The notes beneath the pieces were generated by a model, which was given only the letters and a program-made list of their open reading frames with translations, searched no databases and was not told where the DNA came from. A DNA stretch of 35,913 nucleotides from a virus. The stretch covers positions 1-35,913 of the IMG/VR virus record IMGVR_UViG_3300045988_052978; one strand, given 5' to 3'. Shown piece by piece: positions 22,525 through 28,733 of this stretch; within the stretch, counting starts at the first letter, position 1; the number at the start of each line of letters is the position of its first letter. A program made the translations under genes and the position numbers.

Positions 22525-22568
22525 GGGAAAGAGAAAAAAATCAAAAGAAAACCATACGTACCACCCGT
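22511..22568. promoter_or_regulatory. Perfect 12-bp inverted repeat acgggtggtacg ... cgtaccacccgt separated by a 34-nt A-rich spacer
   Basis: Arms at 22511-22 and 22557-68. It could be a paired operator. Alternatively, on minus RNA it is a 12-bp leader hairpin followed by UUUCG, just upstream of the Cro-like gene. Confidence 0.6.
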
Positions 22569-22718
22569 GTCTGCGCGCCGGCGTCACCCGGCAGCACAGG
22601 GGCGTTTGCCTCCATGCCTTTGCTTCTGGCTATGTGTGCGATAAAAGAGAGGGTCAGACTTCCAAGACATACTATGGGAGGACATTCCCGCGGGCCTGTC
22701 CGCCCGGGGGATGATTGG

Positions 22719-22748
22719 ATTATAAAACCAACTAAACCAACTTGTCAA
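22719..22748 (-). promoter_or_regulatory. Minus-strand early promoter TTGACA-N18-TATAAT (both hexamers consensus)
   Basis: -35 is the complement of 22743-48 and -10 is the complement of 22719-24. It would give a leader of about 220 nt before the Cro-like gene. Confidence 0.6.
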
Positions 22749-22773
22749 TACAAATTTGCGAACTTTACCAACT
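22725..22773. repeat. Candidate operator boxes: aaaccaact x2 in tandem (22725-42) plus accaact at 22767-73
   Basis: The tandem pair exactly fills the spacer of the minus-strand promoter. The third box lies in the spacer of the divergent plus-strand promoter. Confidence 0.5.
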
Positions 22774-22784
22774 TCTGATAGACT
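22756..22784 (+). promoter_or_regulatory. Plus-strand promoter TTGCGA-N17-TAGACT for the CI-like gene
   Basis: It lies back-to-back with the minus-strand promoter, with 7 bp between the -35 boxes. It sits 25 nt upstream of the ATG at 22809 (RBS GAGGAA). Confidence 0.45.
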
Positions 22785-22808
22785 GCACAAATTATGTGAG
22801 GAAATTTT

Positions 22809-23153
22809 ATGGCTTTTTACAAAAATTTTGTTTCGCTTTGCAATTCGGTGGGGAAATCGCCGACAGCGGTCATTCTGGAAATTGGTCTCGAAAGATCGTC
22901 CGTAACTCGCTGGAAGAAGGGTGGACTGCCGTCCGATGCCACTGCGCTTCGCATAGCGAATTACTTCAAAATAACAGCGGAAGAACTGATGAAAGATGAA
23001 AACCACCCCGCCGATGGCGAGGTGGTTGAGGAACGGGTTACGCCTGCGGAGCAGTATCTGCTGCGCCTGTTTCGGCTTGTGCCGAAAGAACAGCAGGAGA
23101 CTGTTCTGATGGGGGTAGAGCTGACACTACGTAGTCAAGGATTACTGAAATAG
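22809..23153 (+). CDS. CI-like XRE HTH repressor
   Basis: HTH segment SPTAVILEIGLERSSVTRWKKGGLPS. 114 aa. It is divergent from the Cro-like gene and is the first gene of the integrase-containing plus-strand module. Confidence 0.75.
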   Translation: MAFYKNFVSLCNSVGKSPTAVILEIGLERSSVTRWKKGGLPSDATALRIANYFKITAEELMKDENHPADGEVVEERVTPAEQYLLRLFRLVPKEQQETVLMGVELTLRSQGLLK

Positions 23154-23219
23154 CCACCTCAAGAGCGGCGGCGGGATCGCTGGAACTGCGGATCATCTGG
23201 AGCAAGCGGCTTTCTGGCG

Positions 23220-23249
23220 TTGACATGATATGTATCCTCCGTCCATAAT
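23220..23249 (+). promoter_or_regulatory. Promoter TTGACA-N18-CATAAT upstream of the HIRAN-TM2 gene
   Basis: -35 at 23220-25 and -10 at 23244-49, about 45-50 nt upstream of the ATGs at 23294/23300. Confidence 0.45.
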
Positions 23250-23293
23250 TTATCGCTCACTGGCTGGGGCCAGAAAAAGATACACAGGGAGAG

Positions 23294-24178
23294 ATGAGGA
23301 TGGAATATAACTACTATGTGGCGGGAACATCCTATCGCGAAGCGAATCTGGAGCGCATGCTCAGCCGAAACCCTGATTTTGACGCTCCAAAGTCGTACAT
23401 CCTAGACCACTACGGCGAAGATGACCACATCTACCGCTATCACCGCTACTACACTTCCGATATCAAGTTTACACCAGAGCCGACGAATCCGCACGACCCA
23501 AACGCGATCCGCATTGATGTGGACGGAAATTTTGTAGGCTACGTCAAGCGTGGCAGCACCGGAAGAATACGCAACCTGCTGAACACACCCGGCGCGTCTG
23601 TCCGCGCTGAGGTCTACGGCGGGCCGTATCGTTATGTTTACGTCGATGACTACGGCAATACGAATGCGCTGTATGGCGACTCGCCTTTTGGCTGCATGTA
23701 TACGTTCACCGTGCCGGGAAGCGGGCCACAGGGTCAATACGTGGACGCTGATCCGGGACGAGCTCCCGCAAGGTATTGCCGCCATTGCGGCGCACGGATC
23801 GAAGCTGGCGCCAAGTTCTGCACCAACTGCGGACAGCCCTTGCCCGCCGAAACGCGGACAGCCGCGAAGTATTGTCGCAGCTGCGGTCGCCAGCTGCATA
23901 TTAACGCGGACTACTGTCCTATCTGCGGCCAGTCCACCCACCAGCAGCCAGACGGTGCTACCAACAATGCAGCCTACGCGCCGCCCGGCAGAAAGCGGAT
24001 CGACAAGTGGGCCGCGTTCGTCCTCTGCCTTCTCTTTGGCGGTCTCGGCGTCCACCGCTTCTATGAGGGCAAAGTCGGCACAGGCATCCTCTGGCTCTTC
24101 ACCGCTGGCCTATTCGGTGTCGGCTGGGTGATTGACCTGATCATCATCCTCACCAAGCCTAATCCGTACTATGTCTAG
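23294..24178 (+). CDS. HIRAN domain - double zinc ribbon - TM2 domain membrane protein
   Basis: HIRAN motifs: [10 protein letters not shown] and [25 protein letters not shown]. Zinc ribbons: [20 protein letters not shown] and [22 protein letters not shown]2 domain: [37 protein letters not shown]. The ATG at 23300 may be the true start. Confidence 0.8.
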   Translation: MRMEYNYYVAGTSYREANLERMLSRNPDFDAPKSYILDHYGEDDHIYRYHRYYTSDIKFTPEPTNPHDPNAIRIDVDGNFVGYVKRGSTGRIRNLLNTPGASVRAEVYGGPYRYVYVDDYGNTNALYGDSPFGCMYTFTVPGSGPQGQYVDADPGRAPARYCRHCGARIEAGAKFCTNCGQPLPAETRTAAKYCRSCGRQLHINADYCPICGQSTHQQPDGATNNAAYAPPGRKRIDKWAAFVLCLLFGGLGVHRFYEGKVGTGILWLFTAGLFGVGWVIDLIIILTKPNPYYV

Positions 24179-24181
24179 CCC

Positions 24182-24198
24182 GTGCCCAACTTGAGCAC
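24182..24198. repeat. Dyad hairpin H4: gtgcccaacttgagcac
   Basis: Identical to H1, including the flanking ggg on the minus strand. It lies 3 nt after the HIRAN-TM2 stop codon. Confidence 0.7.
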
Positions 24199-24213
24199 GA
24201 AATGATTTGATAA

Positions 24214-24245
24214 GGCCCCGCCGTCTCCGCAACGCCGGCGGGGCC
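24214..24245. terminator. 10-bp GC hairpin ggccccgccg-N12-cggcggggcc; possible terminator lacking a clean U-tract
   Basis: Perfect inverted repeat downstream of the HIRAN-TM2 gene. The flanks are only moderately T-rich, and only on the minus strand. Confidence 0.35.
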
Positions 24246-24318
24246 ATGCATCCGGCCCGCGCCACCATCGCTTGCCGGGTGCACGTCCAGCGTAGCAATT
24301 TTCGGTCGGGTAGGTCAA

Positions 24319-24364
24319 GCCCGAATCTTGGCTTTCGACAGGGCTCGACGGCCAAGATTCGGGC
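24319..24364 (+). promoter_or_regulatory. Perfect 14-bp inverted repeat gcccgaatcttggc-N18-gccaagattcgggc in the leader of the membrane HTH gene
   Basis: Arms at 24319-32 and 24351-64. It ends 34 nt before the ATG at 24399. Confidence 0.55.
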
Positions 24365-24398
24365 CGGGCCGACCCAGAAAGGGGTCGAAGGAGAGGAA

Positions 24399-24947
24399 AT
24401 GGTACAAAAGTTGCAAGAAAAATGCCGAGAGGCGCGAGACCGTCTCGGCTACACCAATCAGGACATCGCCGATGCAACAGGCATCCCTTTGTCCAGCGTC
24501 AAGAACTTTTTCGCGGCCACCAGCAAGGTACCCGGCCTCGTTTACGCCGGGCTGATTTGCAAATTTCTGGGCGTCTCTATCGACGAGTGCCTTTGCATTA
24601 CGTCCGCCGAGGACGCCGAAGCGCGGCTGCGGCGGCAGCTGAAAGAGGATCATATAAATAGCGAAAACCAGCGGCTGACCGAAGTCAACAGCCTGCGGAA
24701 AGAATTGGACAAAAGTCGCCTGTCGACGATCCTTGTCCTGTCCTTTCTGTGTGCCGTCCTCTCGGTGACGCTGATTTTCTATATCGTGATGGATTTCCGC
24801 ATCAAGGACGCGGGTCTCATCCAGAGTGGCCAGGTGGGCGCCGGCGCGTGGGGCATCATCGCCCTGGTAGCCATCGCCTTCGGCGTCATGTCCTCCGCGC
24901 TGTTCTCCGCCCTGCGCTACGCCCGCCGCATCGCCTCGGAGGAGTAG
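24399..24947 (+). CDS. Membrane-tethered XRE HTH protein (HTH + coiled coil + 2 TM helices)
   Basis: The start MVQKLQEK follows AAGGAGAGGAA. HTH segment GYTNQDIADATGIPLSSVKNFF. TM segments LSTILVLSFLCAVLSVTLIFYIV and AGAWGIIALVAIAFGVMSSALF. Confidence 0.7.
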   Translation: MVQKLQEKCREARDRLGYTNQDIADATGIPLSSVKNFFAATSKVPGLVYAGLICKFLGVSIDECLCITSAEDAEARLRRQLKEDHINSENQRLTEVNSLRKELDKSRLSTILVLSFLCAVLSVTLIFYIVMDFRIKDAGLIQSGQVGAGAWGIIALVAIAFGVMSSALFSALRYARRIASEE

Positions 24948-24955
24948 GGGGGGGG
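24947..24955 (+). repeat. G9 homopolymer between the stop of the HTH-TM gene and the integrase GTG start
   Basis: The sequence taGGGGGGGGGagagacGTG. The run is the only Shine-Dalgarno-like sequence for the integrase. Confidence 0.85.
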
Positions 24956-24961
24956 AGAGAC

Positions 24962-25990
24962 GTGAAAATACCAAAGGCCACGAAGCTGCCCTCCGGCAAC
25001 TGGAATATCAACATGATGGTCGACCGCCAGCGGATATCCATCACCGCCGCCACCAGGAAAGAGGTGGAGCGCCAGGCCGCCGCCATCAAAGGCGGCGCGA
25101 AGCTGGCACCCAAAAACAGTTTGACGGTGGGCGAGGCTATCGACAAGTATATCGAGAGCAAGGACGCCGTCCTGTCCCCGTCCACGGTGGCCGGGTACAG
25201 GCGTATCCGGGCTAACGCCCTCCAGGACTTGATGCCCCGCCCCGTGGACAGCCTGACGGCTCAAGACGTGCAGCGGTCTATCAACCTCATGGCGCGGGAT
25301 AAGTCCCCTAAAACGGTGCGCAACGCTCACGGCCTCCTGAGCGCCGCCATGGCGGTGTACCGACCCGACCTGGTACTCAGGACGACCATGCCGCAAAAGC
25401 AGCGCTACGACATCGCCATCCCGTCGGACGACGATGTGGCCGCTATCATGCGCTCCGCTCAAGGCGAACCGGCAGAGCTGCCCATCCTGCTGGCCATCTG
25501 GCTGGGCCTGCGCATGTCCGAGATCCTCGGCCTCAAGTGGTCGGACGTGGACGGTGGCGTGCTGCACATCCGCCGCGCCCTGGTTGACGAGGGCGAGAAG
25601 ACCACCAAGACCTACGCATCTCAGCGCGATCTGCTGATCCCGGACTACATCGCGGAGCTGCTGGCCCGCGCTCCTCACGACGGGGAACGCATCGTGATCT
25701 ACACCCGCCGCGGGCTTTACGTCCGCTTCCAGGCCATCTGCCTCCGTGCCGGCGTCCAGCACTACCGATTCCACGACCTGCGCCATATTAACGCCTCTGT
25801 TATGCTGGCGCTGAACGTGCCCAATAAGTACTCGCAGGAGCGCCTGGGCCACGCCACGGACAACATGCTGCAAACAGTCTATCAGCACACGATGGCCGCC
25901 CAGCAACTCGCCGTCGCCGCCAAGCTGGACGACTACTTCAACGCAAAATTACAGACGGAATTACAAATGGAAAATCGAGAAACGCAGTAA
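24962..25990 (+). CDS. int: Tyrosine recombinase / phage integrase
   Basis: 342 aa from the GTG. It has an N-terminal SAM-like core-binding region. Catalytic-domain motifs LGLRMSEIL, HDLRH and LGHATDNMLQTVYQH are present. Confidence 0.9.
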   Translation: MKIPKATKLPSGNWNINMMVDRQRISITAATRKEVERQAAAIKGGAKLAPKNSLTVGEAIDKYIESKDAVLSPSTVAGYRRIRANALQDLMPRPVDSLTAQDVQRSINLMARDKSPKTVRNAHGLLSAAMAVYRPDLVLRTTMPQKQRYDIAIPSDDDVAAIMRSAQGEPAELPILLAIWLGLRMSEILGLKWSDVDGGVLHIRRALVDEGEKTTKTYASQRDLLIPDYIAELLARAPHDGERIVIYTRRGLYVRFQAICLRAGVQHYRFHDLRHINASVMLALNVPNKYSQERLGHATDNMLQTVYQHTMAAQQLAVAAKLDDYFNAKLQTELQMENRETQ

Positions 25991-26016
25991 TATCAACGAT
26001 TATAGCCGGATTTACA

Positions 26017-26044
26017 CGGGGTTCGAATCCCCGACGGGGCACCA
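26017..26044 (+). other. 3' end of a tRNA (T-arm, acceptor 3' strand, discriminator, CCA) = probable attP core
   Basis: cgggg-ttcgaat-ccccg then acggggc-a-cca. There is no matching 5' acceptor strand (gccccgt) or anticodon arm upstream, so it is a fragment. It lies 27 nt after the integrase stop. Confidence 0.75.
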
Positions 26045-26050
26045 AACGAG

Positions 26051-26086
26051 AAAACCGAGGAACTATGCGGGTTCCTCGGTTTTCTT
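26051..26086 (+). terminator. Rho-independent terminator after the tRNA fragment
   Basis: aaaaccgaggaac-tatgcgg-gttcctcggtttt forms a 13-bp stem, followed by ctt. Confidence 0.75.
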
Positions 26087-26199
26087 GCATTTATGCGGCC
26101 TAGGGGGATTTGCGGCATAGGTCGGCTATGCCGATTTTAAGCCGACCATTTGCAACTTTGGCGCAAAAATTACATATGGATTACAGACGGCAGGGGAGA

Positions 26200-26511
26200 C
26201 TACGCACCACGGTACATCCCCTGCAAGGTCTTGACTTCCGCCGCCTTGTCGATCTGCTTCTGGTGCAGATAGTCATAGACGGCTTTCATGCCCTCGGGCG
26301 GCTCGCCCTTTTCCTGCCGGTACTTCTCGATCAGCTTCGCCACCTCGGTGTGCAAGATGGTCATGTGCTGCGTCTCTGCGGCGGAGAGATCGAAGAACAC
26401 CTTCGACAGGTTGGGGTGGGTGTCCTTGTACTCCAGCGCACACTTGGCGTACTTGTGCGCATCGGCGATCTCGTCGTCAACCATCTCACATAGCATCTGG
26501 ATCAGCTTCAT
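26200..26511 (-). CDS. Hypothetical all-helical protein (four-helix-bundle/ferritin-like guess)
   Basis: 103 aa with RBS AAAGGAGG. The pattern ADAHKYAKCALEYKD...LSAAETQHMTILH suggests a helical bundle. No firm family assignment. Confidence 0.55.
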   Translation of the reverse strand: MKLIQMLCEMVDDEIADAHKYAKCALEYKDTHPNLSKVFFDLSAAETQHMTILHTEVAKLIEKYRQEKGEPPEGMKAVYDYLHQKQIDKAAEVKTLQGMYRGA

Positions 26512-26671
26512 GGGCGTCCTCCTTTCCCACGCTTTCCTCCGGGAGCGCGGCCCCGGCGACCTTCTTCAGGGCGCCGATCGCCGCGTTGCCCACTTGGTTG
26601 CCGATGCTGCGGCCGGTCTCCGTGGAGACCATCGCGCCCAGCAGCATCCCGACTAGCAACTGCAGCATCAT
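26486..26671 (-). CDS. Small membrane/Gly-zipper-like protein
   Basis: Start at MMLQLLVGMLLGAMV, after GAGGTGG. About 61 aa. It overlaps the next gene by 26 nt. Confidence 0.45.
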   Translation of the reverse strand: MMLQLLVGMLLGAMVSTETGRSIGNQVGNAAIGALKKVAGAALPEESVGKEDAHEADPDAM

Positions 26672-26678
26672 GACCACC

Positions 26679-27095
26679 TCACGCGGTCTTGACCCGCAGC
26701 GCCACATTGTTGACGGTAGCGCCGCCGCCAGACAGCACCAGCGTCAGAGACGCACCGGCTACGCAGCATGCCTGCCGCACGGAGGCCGGGAAGCCCAGAA
26801 CGACTTCGTCACCGGCCGCGGTGGCCGTGGCGGTAGCGGTGGCGCCGGGATAGGCCACGCCGTCCTTGTACAGCGTCGCCGTGACAGCGCCCGCCGCCGT
26901 GGGTGCCAGCGTGATGGACACATCCACGTCATAGATGCCGTCGCAGCCGCGGCCGCCGAAGATGTTGACGGCGTTGCCGTTCAGGCGGACGTCACAGCCA
27001 TGCTGCCGGATCGTGCTGCCCAGAGGGATCACACCACCCTCGGCAACAGTGACAGGCGTCTGCATGGCGGCGTACAGGATAGATTTACAAGCCAT
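26679..27095 (-). CDS. C1q/TNF-like jelly-roll protein resembling the BclA C-terminal domain (no collagen stalk)
   Basis: 138 aa, with alternating beta-strand pattern. Motifs GIYDVDVSITLAPTAAGAVTATLYKDGVAYPGA and ASLTLVLSGGGATVNNVALRVK recall exosporium BclA-CTD. Call made by eye only. Confidence 0.4.
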   Translation of the reverse strand: MACKSILYAAMQTPVTVAEGGVIPLGSTIRQHGCDVRLNGNAVNIFGGRGCDGIYDVDVSITLAPTAAGAVTATLYKDGVAYPGATATATATAAGDEVVLGFPASVRQACCVAGASLTLVLSGGGATVNNVALRVKTA

Positions 27096-27117
27096 ACTTT
27101 ACTCCTTCCTAATGGTC

Positions 27118-27139
27118 GGGCGGGGCTATAGCCCCGCCC
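27118..27139. other. 9-bp GC hairpin gggcggggc-tata-gccccgccc
   Basis: Perfect palindrome in the 75-nt spacer between two accessory genes. No U-tract. Confidence 0.6.
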
Positions 27140-27170
27140 GTTAGCCCCAAGCAGGGCCTTGCGTTTGCGC

Positions 27171-27707
27171 TTACAGGGTGCTGCCGTTGCAGCTGCCGCA
27201 GGTCGCGGGGATCACCTGACCGGCGCCGGTGGCCGCCACGCCGTACAGCGCAGGCTTGGTCAGCATACGACCCTCAATGGCATCCAGGCGGCGGTCAACG
27301 CCGCAGCAGAATGCAGACAGCTTCTCGCTCAGAGCATCGGTCTGCTTCTTGGTGAAGATACCGTTTTTGAGGCTCTGGTTCTCCATCTTCAGGTCGAAGA
27401 TGGTTTCCTGCAGACGCTGCTCATAGATGCGGCTGGCCTGGCTGGTGATGGCCTCGGTGCTGGCGTTGATCGCCATGCGGGTGTCGTTGCTCTGCTGCTC
27501 GATCAGGTACTGGGTGTGGGCGGCGTCGATGATCTCCTGCTTCTCCACCTGGCAGTTGCTGACGCGGCTGCAGCCGTTGTCGGGCATCATGACAGGCATG
27601 TTGTTGCCGCGGCCCCAACCGCCAAAGCCATTGCCGAAGATGGCGAAGATCACGATGATCACGAACAACACCGCGATCCAGCTCATACCGGAACTACGAT
27701 CGTCCAT
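27171..27707 (-). CDS. Membrane-anchored coiled-coil protein with a Cys-rich C-terminus
   Basis: TM segment WIAVLFVIIVIFAIF, followed by GNGFGGWG. A long helical region follows. The C-terminus is ATCGSCNGSTL. Confidence 0.6.
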   Translation of the reverse strand: MDDRSSGMSWIAVLFVIIVIFAIFGNGFGGWGRGNNMPVMMPDNGCSRVSNCQVEKQEIIDAAHTQYLIEQQSNDTRMAINASTEAITSQASRIYEQRLQETIFDLKMENQSLKNGIFTKKQTDALSEKLSAFCCGVDRRLDAIEGRMLTKPALYGVAATGAGQVIPATCGSCNGSTL

Positions 27708-27746
27708 ACTACGCCCTCCTTTCTCAAAAAATTTTTATTCCAACGG

Positions 27747-28091
27747 CTACTTAAGCCGGGGGAATTTCGCGGCGCCCTCCGCTTTCGCGTTCTGAGGGCG
27801 CTGTGAGCCGTTTTGCGTACCCCCAACGATTCTATCGGCGTCTGCCTTCAACGCCTCAGGTGTCGTTCCCAGCAGGCCACAGATGGCCCTTGCCTGCATG
27901 GTCTTGCCGTAGCGCTGAAAAATGCTGTTCACGATACCGGAATCGATGCCCAGGCGGCGGGCCGTGCTCTGGCAGTCCTCCAGCGTGTCAGCCGTTCCGT
28001 TGATTTCTTTTTTCGCCCGCTGTACTGCGCTCTGCAGGTTGACTCCGGGAAACATCTTCCCGATAGACGCCAGGATCTGCTCCATTCCCAT
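27747..28091 (-). CDS. Hypothetical protein
   Basis: 114 aa, with RBS AGGAG 10 nt upstream. GC3 is high within the 104-nt overlap with the upstream gene. Confidence 0.55.
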   Translation of the reverse strand: MGMEQILASIGKMFPGVNLQSAVQRAKKEINGTADTLEDCQSTARRLGIDSGIVNSIFQRYGKTMQARAICGLLGTTPEALKADADRIVGGTQNGSQRPQNAKAEGAAKFPRLK

Positions 28092-28392
28092 TTTCCTTCA
28101 TCTCCTTGATCTGGGCCGTCAGACCCTTGATGATATCGGACATGTCAGCCATGGCGGTCTGCATCTCGCTCATGAGCTGCTCCTGCGTCTTGGGTGGGGT
28201 GATGATCCCCAGCTCCACCAGCTTGTCATAGTACTGCTGCGTGGTGCCCTCCAGCTCCGCGTAGGCCGCGCAGGTCTTGCCGATCAGCTGCTGCTTGTTG
28301 CCAAAGTAGTCCGCCTGCCAGATGTCTCCTCCGTCGACAAGGCACATCAGACAGGGGCTGCCGGAATATCCGGCGATTGCGAATTCATTCAC
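27988..28392 (-). CDS. Hypothetical protein (start trimmed to the GTG at 28392)
   Basis: AAGGAGG-N8-GTG. The last ~34 codons overlap the next gene in a low-GC3 frame. Confidence 0.5.
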   Translation of the reverse strand: MNEFAIAGYSGSPCLMCLVDGGDIWQADYFGNKQQLIGKTCAAYAELEGTTQQYYDKLVELGIITPPKTQEQLMSEMQTAMADMSDIIKGLTAQIKEMKENGNGADPGVYREDVSRSQPAERSTAGEKRNQRNG

Positions 28393-28420
28393 GGGCCGCA
28401 CCTCCTTGTTGACTAAATTG

Positions 28421-28471
28421 TAAAACAAAAAAGACCCAACAAAGGGCCTGAAAAGGGTCCCCGTTGGGTCT
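28421..28471 (-). terminator. Rho-independent terminator after the sigma-r4-like gene
   Basis: Minus RNA reads AGACCCAAC-22 nt-GUUGGGUCU, followed by UUUUUGUUUUA. Confidence 0.6.
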
Positions 28472-28476
28472 TTCTT

Positions 28477-28728
28477 TCACTTGTTATTAACGGCGTCCGC
28501 GATCTTGCGGTAGCCCCTGCGCCTGCACTTCTTTACGTATTCCTGCGACGCGAAAAGCCGGTCGGCTACCTGCTGGCGGGACTTCCCCCGCACGTCGCAC
28601 TCGATGATACAGAACGCCTCGTCTTCCGGCAGCTCCAGGCCGGCGATGAAACTCACCGCCCGCTGGGGCGCCATAGACTGTAGTTTCGCGCGGATAGCTC
28701 GATGTGTCGGATTCATGCTGATTCCCAC
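28477..28728 (-). CDS. Small sigma-70 region-4-like HTH protein
   Basis: The segment CDVRGKSRQQVADRLFASQEYVKKCRRRGYRKIADAV resembles a sigma region 4 / YlxM-like HTH. 79-83 aa (ATG at 28716 or GTG at 28728). No clear RBS. Confidence 0.5.
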   Translation of the reverse strand: MGISMNPTHRAIRAKLQSMAPQRAVSFIAGLELPEDEAFCIIECDVRGKSRQQVADRLFASQEYVKKCRRRGYRKIADAVNNK

Positions 28729-28733
28729 GCCGT

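Noticed and set aside
22515-22778. 87-aa plus-strand ORF in the Cro-gene leader.
   Set aside because: It has a GTG start without an RBS and a basic low-complexity sequence. It spans promoter and operator elements, so it is probably non-coding leader.
22584-23006. 140-aa minus-strand ORF across the switch region and the CI-like gene, and the 62-aa ORF 23038..23226.
   Set aside because: They are antisense to, or overlap, the HTH repressor gene. They have no RBS and an AT-biased odd composition. The interval is better explained by promoters and the leader.
24917-25906. 329-aa minus-strand ORF inside the integrase gene.
   Set aside because: It is antisense to a CDS carrying tyrosine-recombinase motifs (HDLRH, LGH...Y) and has a shadow-frame composition.
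25969-26044. A complete tRNA gene downstream of the integrase.
   Set aside because: Only the T-arm, the 3' acceptor strand and CCA are present. The upstream 45 nt do not form D or anticodon arms and lack the complementary 5' acceptor strand.
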